In this document: one piece after another, positions 13,825 to 27,339 of the stretch
Layout of the letters: each line of letters opens with the position of its first letter
Position numbering within the stretch: the first letter of the stretch is position 1
NCBI GenBank assembly: GCA_951406725.2
Contig: OX597814.1
Location: 187,488,001-187,552,000 of the forward strand
From: Octopus vulgaris
Lineage: Eukaryota
Length of the DNA stretch: 64,000 bases
Reading direction: 5' to 3'
Program-made: the position numbers and the translations under genes
The notes under the pieces: generated by a model
What the model saw: the letters and a program-made list of their open reading frames with translations, nothing else
What the model was told of the DNA's origin: nothing
Databases searched by the model: none

Positions 13825-14950
13825 AAAGAATGTACCAGAAAGTTTGAGGTAGGAAAAGCCAGCATATCAAACTTAATTTTTTCCATTGACTATGACAGAA
13901 GTTATCTTACTGGTAAAGATTTAAGATATAATAAGTATAAACACCCGTACCGAATGAAGACGTTCTGCCAATAAAATAATCCATATGTATTTATACCAAG
14001 GAATTACAGTTGATAAATCATTAACTACATGTGAGCTAAAACTGTAGATATCTGTCATTGTGATAACATTAACAGAAAAAAATAGCTGTGCAGATTTTAG
14101 TGAATAAACTATCCAAGCTAATCCTAATGTGTTGACTGAATATTTTAAGCCAATAATGATAATCATTATTGCAATGGCAATGATTGCTTTCACAGATATT
14201 TTTAGCCAATAAAATAAAACACAAATTAGTATTTTACAAACAATTTTACCACCATATTTCTTTATTTCTTTTTTCTCCTTTCTCTCTCTCCTCTCTCTCT
14301 CTCTCACACACACACACACTTTTAGACAAGAATAATTAAAAGATAATCTTTTGGTATCCTCTTGCAGTAAATGTCCCTAAAGTGATTTCATTTGATTTTT
14401 GGGTAGTTTAAACTTGAGAATTAAAGCATTTAAGACAGTTAGTCACACAGCAAAACAAATACATTTGAGCTCAAAATTATTGTTAAATGGTAGTCTGAGT
14501 AGATGAAGATTGACCACAAGACTAATATAGTGAAATGTAACATTAGAGAGCATTGGGCAGTGCTAAAAAAAGAATGACCAAAGACACAACAAAAGGAAGT
14601 CATATTACAACCTATTCTACTACAAACAGTATTGAAATTGAATATAAAAGCTTAGATGACAACAACAATGACAAAGATGATAGTGATAAAAAGAGATCAC
14701 ACAAGCCTGCTGCTTACAGCAGGTCTGAAGTGGGATCTATCTTTAGATTTGGACACTAGCAACTATAGTAACGCATTAACACTTTGGAAAAAAAGATTTT
14801 TTAATGTTGTTTCCAAAGCCAAACAGAAAAATCTGTTCTGGATCAATTTACTTTCTATTTGCAGTTAAAAGTAAACATCTTCATACAACCACTATATGAT
14901 AATTGATGGTGTCTGTGTGTACATATATTTACACAGCCACATGCATGCAT

Positions 14951-14991
<41 letters not shown>

Positions 14992-15625
14992 ATACAAATC
15001 TGACAGACTGCAGCACTACATAATTCACATAATGAAAATATTGCATAAAGTGAAACTATATGCTGGGTGATATATGCAAATGAGTGGTACTAGGTGTGCT
15101 GTCAACAAAAGCCTTTCATTCTCTCAGATAAATTTTTCTGTTTTTCTTTCTCGTTTCACAATCAATAACATGAATTCTTGGAGTAAATATTTTTTATGGC
15201 TGACTTATCCTAATGTGAAGAATTCAGTTTTGAAATAGGTGGGCTTACATATTTTCAGCAAGATCCAATAATATGCTTTGCCTGAGAGAAGAATGCAATA
15301 TTTAAATTTTGACCTCACAACCTTCATGTCAAAGGCTAACCAACAATGTACTTTTATATATGAACAGAATAGTTCCAGGAGATTTCATGTGAGAATAGAA
15401 ACTTTTGATATAATCAAAATTGAGCCAGCATGTAAAGAAAACAACCATCCTGATTTTCAAGGAAATCATAGTTAGAAATTATGATGTCCATAATTTTAAC
15501 CAATTCTCACACTTTAGTGACAAAACTTCTACCTATCTGATACAGTGCACCAATCTCTGTCACTTTTAAACTTGCACAGCTACCAATGATTTCAGTAACT
15601 CATATGACTATATAACTTTACCACT

Positions 15626-15850
15626 ATCATCATCATCATCATCGTTTAACGTCCGCTTTCCATGCTAGCATGGGTTGGACGATTTGACTGAGGACTGGCA
15701 AACCAGATGGCTGCACCAGGCTCCAATCTTGATTTGGCAGAGTTTCTACAGCTGGATGCCCTTCCTAACGCCAACCACTCCGAGAGTGTAGTGGGTGCTT
15801 TTACGTGCCACCGGCACAAGGGCTAGTCAGGCAGTAGTGGCAGCGGTCAC
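15626..15850 (-). mobile_element. SINE family C
   Basis: (CAT)n followed by cgtttaacgtccgctttccatgctagcatgggttggacg...gccaaccactccgagagtgtagtggg. Confidence 0.9.
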
Positions 15851-18800
15851 TGAAAATTATTTTTTAATTTTTTTATCTATCACATTAAAAAAATATTCTG
15901 CCCCTTGAACACTGACTTTTCATACACACCAATATGAGAGAATATCTATGCAGTCAAATCTTCCTAAATTCACACCCTAACATTTTTTTCTAATGAGGAA
16001 ACACTGGATAATATAGACGTAGATACACTAGGGATGATAAAAAACATAAAGCAATGGTTTTTTTTTTATTATTATAGATCTGTTCAATCAGCCAAACAAC
16101 AACCAATTGATCAGAGGTTTAGTAACTCTATACAGGTTATACCAGTCTACAAACTAGCTTCATGACTAAGTTTAATGAAACTCTCTCAGCACATACTACA
16201 TACAATATTCATTAGGACATCTACTTCCAAATGTTCAACAGCCAAGAATCCATTATATCAAAATGGTCTATATAAAAAAATATATATAATAAATTGGAAA
16301 TTTTGTCCACTAACATCAGCAACTAGCCCTTTATTTATATCCAAAATTGCTACAAAGAGGCCATGCAAGAATTAAAGGTCCATTTATTCAGTGCATTATG
16401 GAAAACAAGACTTTCTTCTGTGACATCCAATAAAAATGAGGTTGTGATTAAAAATGTTAATTAAATGTTTCACTGAAATTGATATTTCTCTACCATAAAT
16501 CTGCTGAAACAGTAGATATGGTCACTTTACAACTGCAATTACAACTTTAATTCTTTGCCTATTGTGATTTTAACAACTACTTTCTATTGTCCAGTCACAC
16601 GTTTACTACTCCAAATTTACAATTTCAGCCATATCTTTGATCTGAGAGGGTATCATGTAATAACATGATATCCTTTTCACACACAATGATCTTTAAAAAA
16701 TTAATTAAAGATATTAATAAAGTAGCAAAAATATACATTTAAAGGGGAAAAATTATTTATTGAGACAATAGCTCAATGGTAAGAAAATGAAAAGGAACCA
16801 TCAGAGTATGTACAAATCTAATGATAATCTTCAACTTTGCTTCTTGTTATAAAGTTAACAAAATAGTTAGAGCGTGGCTATCTATTTGAAAATCAATATT
16901 TATATATTTATTATGCATCCATTCCTTTGTATTTATTTTTACAAGCACAAACATTGACAAAATACTTCGTTTTTCTGGATTGCATTAAAATAATAAATTA
17001 TTTAACTACAAAATCAAATGATATAACAAAGCTCTTTACTCTTAAGACCAGCTTGATAAGCATGCACTTCTATAACAGTTTTTTTTATATATACAAGTAG
17101 TTAATGCATTTGTCAAGACTCAAATCAGATGTTCAATTTGTAGATTTTCAATTATAATTACATAGGATTTATTCAAAAGGAGGCAGACACCACATGGAAC
17201 AAAAGAAGACAAGGAAATAATTCATATCTAACTTGTGTCATAGTTTGGGATGTATAAATGTAACATTCAAAAATATGCGTACAATTGTTTTCAATTGAAG
17301 CTGAAATATCAAATAGCTTCCCTCTCTTCTAAGTAACTGAAGGTTCTCAAAATTAAATTGCTTTTTTAAAAGTAGCTTTTGAAATATTTAAAATATACTG
17401 ACACTACAAAAGGTTACTAGGAAAGAAAAAGATTAAGAAAAATAGAATATATTGAGTAATTAAGATTTAAGGATACTATTTAGTGATATACATAGTATAA
17501 ATGGGAAAAATTAACTCAGTATAAATTCTCTAAATGTGATATCATCATTGTTTTAGCATTCACTTTTCCATGCTGGCATGGAAGGGTTTTTTTTTTTAAT
17601 AACTATTTTAACGGCTGAATGCTCTTCCTGTTGAGAAAACCTTGTTTCCAAGTGTTGTAATATAATATTTTCCTTAGTTTTTAAAACAATGAACAGTGTA
17701 ATGGCCAGGCAAGCCTTCATGAAAGATTGTGAACAATGACACGATATGGACAATGACACCATCTTTAAATTGTACCAACATCATCATAAGAACACACACA
17801 CGCCAAACCTCTTACAGCTTCTATCTACCAATTCTTCTCCAAGGCATTGGTTAACTCCAAGCCAAAATAGAAGACACCTGCCCACAGTTACATGCAGTGA
17901 GAATGAACTCTAAACCATGCTTGCACCTGATACAGCTATGCTTGCACACAGCCTTGCTTGCACCTGATATATTTGAAAGATAATTAGGTTCACTCAGCCT
18001 CTTTCAACAAGAGAAAAGGTGAATTAAAAATTCAAGCAAATTTCTAATATGATACTAGTAGTAATAGTAGTTAGTTGTTGCTGTACTGATGACACAACAA
18101 TGAATATATGAAACAGTTAATGAATTCACACAAAATAATCTGTATCTGAAGCTGGTGCTTGTTAAAAGCTTATCATGGAATAATGAATGGAAAATGAATG
18201 ACGTCCCTAAAAAGGTACGTGTGCAAGAAAGAGAGAGAGTAAGAGAAGTTTATAAAGATTTCTTTTGGGCAAGTACAGGGTCTTTTTTATTTTTATTTTC
18301 CTGAAAGGATATAGCAGATATAAATTAATTCTTATGTTACTGATAAAAGTTTGACATTAGAGCAGCAATTCTCAAGGATATACCAGCACCACCATCCCCC
18401 AACCTATAACACACACACACACACACTTACACACAAGAAATATGAATGAAAGTTTTTGGCACCTTTCGTCCCCTTTGTTAATAAAACAACAAAATAGATT
18501 TTGCACCCTACATAATTCATCTTTCTCCACCAAAGTGTTTGATAAATTTAAAACCTTGGAACCCACCTTAATTTTATTAAGCCTGGCAAATCATCTGCCC
18601 ATTTTCCAACCCCTACAGCCCCCACTCATACCTATGAAACACACAGCATTAGAAGTACAAGCTATAAAGCCTCCTACCCACTGGAATCTTAGGCATGGAG
18701 CATTACATTTCTAAAAGGAAGTACATAGTTAACAGATTTGATTCTAGTCAAAATCAGAAGTACAGGAGAAGACAACACTTTTCATACTAACTTACCTGAA

Positions 18801-20293
18801 ACTACCTCTGGCTCTATCCATGATACTAGAATTCAATGCTCATATCTAAATTGCAGTAGTTCCTTTATTATTTGATGTAAGAACCTTTTGATACGATATG
18901 TTCTAAAGACCAGCTTTATAATGACTAAGTTATTTTCCTAAATCCTCAATTATTCAAAAAAATTAATTGAGACACAGAGCCAATGTATTTCAATAGAAAT
19001 ATAGTCACAAAAGAATTAAGTATTTAGTGTGTTTAAATTCAGAAATGTGAGGTGAAAATTTGAAAGAATATAAATACTTTGTCGGCTCTCTTTGCTTTCT
19101 GCCAACTCTATTGACTTCAGTTTACATAAATATTAAATGAATTGGATTCTTCAGGGAAATCAGGGAAATATTAGATGAATGAGTAAAACAGAGATGCTTT
19201 AAGTCTGTCAATGACCGAGATGTTGCAGAATTGTCAATTTTTCTTTTGGCCATTACAGGCTAAAGCAATTACAGGTTGAATTCATTTGAAAACGTCTTGA
19301 AAATACTGACCATCAACAATGTTGAAGGATTTAACAGATCAATAGCATTTGAATGCTGCTCCTTAAAAGCAGGAATGGAATTTGAGTAGTTTAGAAGATG
19401 AAAAGATTTGAAGTAATATGAATTGCTTTAGATACTGGAAACCTAGTGGAAGGCATTCTTGTTAGCATTTAGAGTTCTAAGTAGTGTTTGGCAGCTAGCA
19501 ATTAAGAAGATTCTATCTAGAAAGCAAAACTAAAGTAAACTGAAAGGTAATATGAGGTACAATAATTCTTTATCTTTATTTGTTTATTCAACGATTTCAA
19601 AAAATAGCAAAAATTATTTTTAAAAAAAAACAGAGAATGGTTGCCAATTATCAGGAAGTTGGGTTAACTAACATTAGGTTTAATATCATGTAGAGTAATT
19701 GCCCAGCAAAAAAAATATTCTATACTAAGAATTGCCTAAAACATTTCATTTCTATGAATTCTTTACAAGTTCAATTGTTTATATGCATTAAGTGCTTTTA
19801 TCATGATATTAGCATGGATATGTAGATTGTTTTCTTGGGTTAGTGAATACTTTTAGTATTGCAGAAATATTATAGCTTTGATATGTATATGAGGTAATAG
19901 AAGTATAGTAAATGGCATGTTATTAATCAGTGTCTCAGACCTGCAGTTTCAAACTAATCCTTAATGAAGATAATCTACAGATCATAGATTATATCAATTA
20001 GACTATGCTAAAGGATAATATAATTAAACTCACAACTGAATTGGATTAGATAATAGATATCTTAAAATAATGAAACAGGATTTTGTAAAAGCAATTTACT
20101 TAAAAATTTTATAATTTCGGTAGTATGTATTTAGAGTAAATAGATTTATGCCAAAAAAACTTTCTATAAGATAGATTAAATTAGTTTGAAACTAAATCTT
20201 GTGCAGCTAAAACTTCTAAAATTAATTTGTTGGATCATAAAAGGAATTTTTTACTATTGAAATGATTATTTATACATACACTCTCTCTCTCTC

Positions 20294-20336
<43 letters not shown>

Positions 20337-20676
20337 GTCTGTATAAACACACACATATACATACATACACATATATATATTATATACACACATATATATG
20401 CATACTCACATGCACATAGAAACTAAAATGTAAAGACAGGGATATATTATTCAGAATAATAATAATATAAATAATAATTTTTAAGACAGGAACAAAATTA
20501 GAAATCCGGGTGAAGAGGTTAATCAATAAAACTGACCCTGTACTTGACTGGTTCTTTATTTTATTAAACCCACATTTGAACCCAGAATACAAAAAGGCTA
20601 GAGTAAATTCTGGAAGATATTTTTTCTTATACTCAAACAATTTTGCCACCTTAACACCACAATAATTAATAATAAC

Positions 20677-21120
20677 CCTTTCCTGCTAAAGGCACAAGGC
20701 CTGACATTTTGGAAGAGGGAACTAGTCGATTATGTTGACCCCAGTGTTTCACTGGTACTTAATTTATCGACCCTGAAAGGATGAAAGGCAAAGCCGACCA
20801 TGGCAATACTTGAACTCAAAACATAAAGATGGATGGAATGCAGTTAAGTATTTTGCTCAGCATGCTGATGATCCAACCAGCTTGCAACCTTAATCATCAT
20901 CATCATGGTTTAACGTCCACTTTCCATGCTAGCATGGGTTGGACGATTTGACTGAGGTCTGGCGAACCAGATGGCTGCACCAGACTCCAGTCTGATCTGG
21001 CAGAGTTTCTACAGCTTGATGCCCTTCCTAACGCCAACCACTCTGAGAGTGTAGTGGGTGCTTTTACATGCCACCGGTACAAGGGCCAGTCAGGCGGTAC
21101 TGGCAACGGGCACGCTCAGA
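20677..21120 (-). mobile_element. Adjacent SINE B (~20677-20891) and SINE C (~20894-21120)
   Basis: B motifs ggcacaaggcctga...aaaggatgaaaggcaaagccgacc, then the C consensus. Confidence 0.85.
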
Positions 21121-21299
21121 TGAATAATAATAATAATAATAATAATATGCTTGTGTGTGTATTCCCAGTTAGTTTACTGTCAAGAGAATAAGTTGTTTTC
21201 ACACCATCAGCAATCACACCAACAAAGACTCACAACTAAATAACTGTAGAATAGTATGTGTTGTACAGAAATATATAAAAAACAATATCAGGTAATGAG

Positions 21300-21750
21300 T
21301 GAGAAAAGCTGAAGAGGTCTGCCAATGTTCTGCAATGTCATAAGAAGGAAATTAAGCATGATAGCTTAGACTTTCTATCCTTGAGGCTAATAAGAAAGAG
21401 TCATAGAAATGATACTAGCAGAATGAAAATAGCTGTGAGAAAGTGGGGTTACCCATACTGAAACTGAAAGCTGTACAGTCAAAAGTAAGATGAAGGGTAT
21501 GAAAGCAAAAAAAGCAGCTGGGCTATCAGAATAGTTGAAAATCTCAGCTAAGTAAAGCACAGATTATTCACTTACATAGTCATTAGTAGTATAGAAACAT
21601 TCTATACCCAATGACTGGTATAACAGCCGCATCATCTACAAGGGTTAAGAAGATGCTCTAGAAAGAAACAGCTATAGGGGCATAAAACTGATGGACTAAA
21701 TAATGAAAGTGATGAAATGCAGTTCAGCTTTGCACAAGGAGATGGTATCA
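21300..21750 (+). mobile_element. Decayed RTE LINE reverse-transcriptase fragment
   Basis: Reads approximately IPNDWYNSRIIYKG.EDALERNSYRGIKLMD.IMKV..EMQFSFAQG (with frameshift and stop), matching the RTE motif KGKGDALE..NYRGIKL...DEMQFGF. Confidence 0.75.
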
Positions 21751-22806
21751 AAAACCCTCTTCCAAACATTGAGTTTTTAGAAAACAGTAAGTGGTTCCTA
21801 ACAGGAACTGCTTTCTATAGTTTGGTGGTCACTAAGAACACTGATTCACATGAGTCATGCAGGCCATTAAACGTGAGAAAAACATATATGCAATTGGAAT
21901 ATTATCATTACAACTATTATCATTGTTACTAAATAAACATAAAATAGACTAGATATGATAGAAACGAAAATATAGATAAATGAATCATAACGGTGTTTGC
22001 AAAGGAGTTCAAACCATAATTAACGAAGTGGCTTTTTTGAAATATGTAACAATGGTCACAATATGGAAGACTTAGAAAGAGAACTCTTGAAGAAGAGTGT
22101 GAAAAATCGAGTATAGGTTTGCTCACCTCGTAGATAAACACACAAAAGTTTGGCTGCAAACAAAACTAAGAGAAGAAAAAAAAGCTTACATCAGAATTTT
22201 TTCTGTAAACATTTGAATTTTGAGTAAGAATTTAGTCACAGCCACTCTAAAGCTTAGTAAGAATAAACAAACAGCTCTGAATACATATTTCACATTGTAC
22301 CTATTTCCCTCCAAATATAATTTTTGGATTAGAAAAGCATACTGTGAATGCCTTTCTCTCTCTCTCTCTCTGATTGGGGCAGGGAGGTGGGGGGTGGGGG
22401 AGAAATTGAGGAAAATTTTCTGATTTGAAAACTTATCTGATTTCCATAAGGAAATAAATTTTAAATTAAAATTCAATATTGTACTCTTGAGATCAATTTA
22501 GATCAAAATACACATATGCAACTGGACTGCTACTGCTACTACCACTACTAAATAAATAAATAAATAAATAACAAAAATTACAAAAATCAAGGCAAGACAG
22601 ATGAATCGATTGCAATAATGTTCAGAAAGGAGTCCCAGCCATTATCAATGTGATACAGTGGATATAACATGGATAACATAGAAGGTGATGGTTCAAATGA
22701 AAATTAAAAAAAAAAAATAATAAATGCCTCACTCACCCAGAAGATTTGCACATACAATGTGGTTGTAATTAAAACCAAAGAAAAAATGATTGGGTACATT
22801 TAATAT

Positions 22807-22842
<36 letters not shown>

Positions 22843-22851
22843 CATATATAT

Positions 22852-23126
22852 ATCATCATCATCATCGTTTAACGTCCGCTTTCCATGCTAGCATGGGTTG
22901 GACGGTTCAACTGGGGTCTGGGAAGCCAGAAGGCTGCACCAGGCCCAGTCTGATCTGGCAGTGTTTCTACAGCTGGATGCCCTTCCTAACGCCAACCACT
23001 CCGTGAGTGTAGTGGGTACTTTTTACATGCCAGACGAGGCTGGCAAACGGCCATGATCACAAGGCTGGCAAAAGGCCACGATCACAAAGCTGGCAAACGG
23101 CCACGATCACAAGGCTGGCAAACGGC
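22852..23126 (-). mobile_element. SINE family C ending in a 25-bp tandem repeat (23037-23126)
   Basis: C consensus followed by about 3.6 copies of aaggctggcaaacggccacgatcac. Confidence 0.9.
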
Positions 23127-25182
23127 GTGTGTGTGTATAGACAGACAGATGGACAGCTATGTCTTTTCTGATTTGAAAAAACCTAACTGATTCCCCTATG
23201 TAAATTAAATTAAAGCTCAACACTGCACTGGTGAAGTCGGCTAGGTCAAAATACATATTGTAATTGGAATGTTCATTTGTATCATTACCTCCTAAATAAA
23301 TATGTAAATACAGACTCAATTCTTTCCCTTACAAAAGACAATGGATGAACCAATGAATGTGAAGAGTGTAAAGGAATCCCTGCCAGTTTTTGAAATATGT
23401 GACAGTGAACATAACAAGAACAACTTAGGTGATGGCCTAAAGAAGAATACAAAAAGAAATTTGCAAAAATATTATAAAACAAATATGAAAAAATGATATC
23501 ACACAATTCTCTCCCTTACAAAAGAAAAAAATGAAACAACCGGGATGATGCTAAGGAGCTTCAAGCATTCAAAATGTGTGATGATGGTCACAATACAAAA
23601 CACCTTAGAAGGGGATGATCTGAAGAAGAACACAGCAAAGTGTATATTTTGCTTGCAAAGTCAGTATATACACTCAAAGTATGGCTGCAGCGAAAACCAA
23701 AAGAGAAAAGTTGTTTTTAAAAAAATGAAAAATTTCCATAAACATTTGAATTTCAAATGTATGTTACACCCACACAGAGGCAATTAAACAGATACAAATG
23801 CTTGGGCATACATGCATGCATGTGTTTGTGCATGCATGCATGCATATACATATGTGCATGCACACAATTTAGCAAAGAAAATACAGACCATGATCAAGGT
23901 TGAATCAAATTCACACCTTTCAGGTTCTATCATTATACTCTATCATGAATTTTAATTTAACTGCAGGCAATTCAAGTTTCAAATGGAACTTTTACATGCT
24001 TCTAAATGTATCGCATGGAATTTTTTAAAAAAGAAAAAACTTTCTTTAACAAATCTCCTGTCTACTTCCTAAACAAGCAAGGAACAGAAAAAAAAAACTG
24101 GCTAGTTCATTTTCTTTTACTTTCTTCTACATTAAGACTTGAAGGCACTTTTAAAAATATATTTTAATTAATCAATCATCTACAGGTAAAGATTAAATCG
24201 GACATAAATAGGAGTATATATATATATATATATATTAAAGTTAGAGAAATATTTTAAAGGGGAAAATTTGACATGTCAGTCAGTCACTGGCTGACACTCG
24301 CTGACGATACATCAAAGAGGCCAGGGAACAGAAGAAAGAAGACATGCACCCAACACCAGAGCTGAAGACACCTCCAAAAGAGGGGGCCCCAGCCACGTCA
24401 AAACGGTAGAGGTGTAGGGGCCGAAACCGGACATGGTGCCTCCTGATGATGTCTTGAGCTAACTGGATCCTATAAAGGAGCTGTTGTGGTAGCAGACCAC
24501 GAAATACGGTTGTAATTCCTCCTGGTTTTAGTTATAGGACTGAGGCCATACTGGAACACTTTCAAGGTATTTTAGTCAATCATACTGATCCACATACTTA
24601 TTTCAATCAGGTATTTATTTTGTCATGCTCTATTTTTCAAACTGCTAAGTTACAAGATATTGGAAAATACAGGATAAACAACAATATTTTCTAGACTTGC
24701 GTAAACACACACACACACACAAGCCATCTGTCCCTCACAATATTGAATAACTTGGTAGCCTGAATCATGCTTTCATTAATTGGTTTGGTCACAAACAGGC
24801 ACTAACACCCTCACAGACCCCCTCCCACCCTTGATCCAGCAAAACATTCAGGATGTAACATATGTAAGAGCAGATGGCTGGTTGATACTTTAACAACCTT
24901 GAAAGAATAAAAAGCAAAATAAAGACAGCCTTGGCAAGATTTGAACTCAGAGTGACAGCTGGAACAGATGTCACAATGCAGTCTATCTGACACTCTAACA
25001 ACTATGCCAACTGACCACTGTACCATGGGTTTCTGTACAGTTTTCATTAACTAAATTCTGCTCATAAGACATTGGTCAGGCCAAGCCTGTAGTAGTAGAA
25101 GTAGTAGGATCAGATCATGAGTAAACTTTTTAACCAAATACTTATACTTCTCGATTCTGACTTCAATTCAGATTAATCAACT

Positions 25183-25435
25183 GGTGACACGTAAAAGCAC
25201 CAACCGACCGTGGCCATTTGCCAGCCTCCTCTGGCCCCTGTGCCGGTGGCACATAAAAAGCACCCACTACACTTATGGAGTGGTTGGCGTTAGGAAGGGC
25301 ATCCAGCAGTAGAAACACTGCCAGATCAGACTGGAGCCTGGTGCAGCCTCCTGGCTTCCCAGATCTCCGGTCAAACTGTCCAACCCATGCTAGCATGGAA
25401 AACGGACGTTAAACGATGATGATGATAATGATGAT
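25183..25435 (+). mobile_element. SINE family C
   Basis: ...ttggcgttaggaagggcatccagc...caacccatgctagcatggaaaacggacgttaaacg(atg)n. Confidence 0.9.
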
Positions 25436-25629
25436 GTAATGCTTATTTATTCACATTGTTTTGAATTAATCATGCATTGTTTCACAGCTTCAAGATTTTG
25501 ACAATAAAATTGCTAATGTTCAGAATGTTATCATAGATTATGCATGGGAAGCCAAAATTGACCAGTTTGAACATAAAACAAGGTAGAATATTTGGGCTGG
25601 GTATGACTGGTCCAAACACTAAAGGGTTA
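25436..25629. mobile_element. TTAA-type MITE, left end interrupted by the preceding SINE
   Basis: Internal sequence matches 49456-49675 and ends ...actaaagggtta. Confidence 0.75.
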
Positions 25630-27339
25630 CGTTAATCCTATTTCTCAAATATGACATTATAAACCCTGACTTGATCGAAGAGTTTATTAATTCAATTCCC
25701 TCTCAACTTGTATGATAACTTTTCACTTTTTTGTCTTCAAATAAAATCCATAACCTAATCATAAATTATACCCCCATGCAACTATTTGCAATTTCCAATG
25801 GGATTAGGAGAGGGGCTTGAAAAATACAAAAAGAAAGACAATAATGTTTATGAAATAGAAGAGCCGACATTCTCGTGTGGTTAAGAAGCTGTTTCCACAA
25901 CCAAGTGGTTCTGGGTTCAATCCCACTGTGTGGTATCTTAGACAACTGTCTTCTATTCTAGCCTCATGTTAACCAATGGTTTATGAGTTCAATGTGGTAA
26001 ATGTGCATGCATGTGTGAGTGTGTGTGTTTTATGCTTCATCGTCATCAAATGTCTATTTTTAATGCTCATATGGGCTGGAGTTATTTCAGGCAGATTTTC
26101 TAAGACCAGATGCCCTGATTCCAAGTAAGGTAATATTTCCCCCATGATCAGATGAACTGAATAACACTGCTTGTATGACAGTGACATTCATTTACAATGA
26201 TCACACATGAAGACAAGGAGACACACACACACACATACAACAGGCTTCTTTCAGTTTCCATCTACCAAATCCATTCATATAAGGCTTTGGTTGGCTTAGG
26301 ACTATAACAAAAGACCCTTGCCCAAGATGCCACAGAGTGGAACTGAACCCCAAACCATGTGGTTGAGAAGCAAACTTCTTACCACACAGCTATGCCTGTG
26401 CCTATAATGTAAAATAGTACATGGAGTTGTGTACTTTTAGGTTAAAATGTAACTTAGTCATATGATAACTAGAAATCAATAAAATATGTGACTGAAATAA
26501 GTACTGTTGTTGGTACAATTGACTAAAATCCTTTGAAGGTGGTGTCCAAGCACTGACACGGTCTAATGACTAAAAAGAGTGAAATAGTATCTATTACTTA
26601 AAAAAGTATAGTTGTAAAGATAACTATATTTTCAAAACTGCTGTAACACATCTATCTACATGTAGTAAAGCATAGAAACGGTAATTTCAAAGTGCTTTTT
26701 ACAAAGGAATATTAATATTCCAGTTGATGACAATAACAATGGTAATAGATACAATATCAATTTAAATGGACATGTTGTTGCTTTTACTCCATCTACTACA
26801 CAGAAAATTACTTTGCTTTTAATTTTTACATTGTTAAAATAAATCAATGAAGCTAATTTCGGTCTTATCACATTTATAAATTAGATTAACATTAAAAGCA
26901 ATTAGTGAGTGTTAAATTGACAATTTTTCAGTAGAAATTTGTTTCATAGAAGAGTTATGTATAAATGATAAGTTGACAAATTAAAAAGACATTTCCTCAA
27001 AAACATAGCATATTTCCTTCATGTAATATTTTTGTAATTAACAATGATTAAAAATCATCCATAAATGTAACTTCCTTTTAAAAAATAAAATAAAATTTGC
27101 TTTGAATAGTAAGAATATATTTAAAATTAAAATATCGGAGAGAAATTACAAACATATGAAGAGAGTATAAACATTATTTTCAATCAAATACTTTTTTTTT
27201 ACTATCAATAAAATGTTTGTTTTTTTCCACATATTTGTCAGGTTAAATAGCATATTTTCTTCTTTTTTTTATTTCTTAGTGTGATTTTACATCCATATTC
27301 CAAGCAAGCATGGGTAAACTGACATTTTAAAAAATTTGG

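Noticed and set aside
13921-14319. 132-aa hydrophobic minus-strand ORF
   Set aside because: Starts in a GT/GA microsatellite with AT-driven I/L/F bias and no recognisable domain; the region may be non-coding regulatory DNA.
14656-14868. WDLSLDLD resembles ZMIZ1 GFDLDLG of the next exon
   Set aside because: Wrong strand, and the surrounding residues do not match.
19180-19500. Possible Helitron Rep remnant (VDGQYFQ) on the minus strand
   Set aside because: Only a few residues match and all frames are broken.
23037-23126. Regular 25-bp repeats as a CRISPR-like array
   Set aside because: No spacers, eukaryotic context, and derived from SINE sequence.
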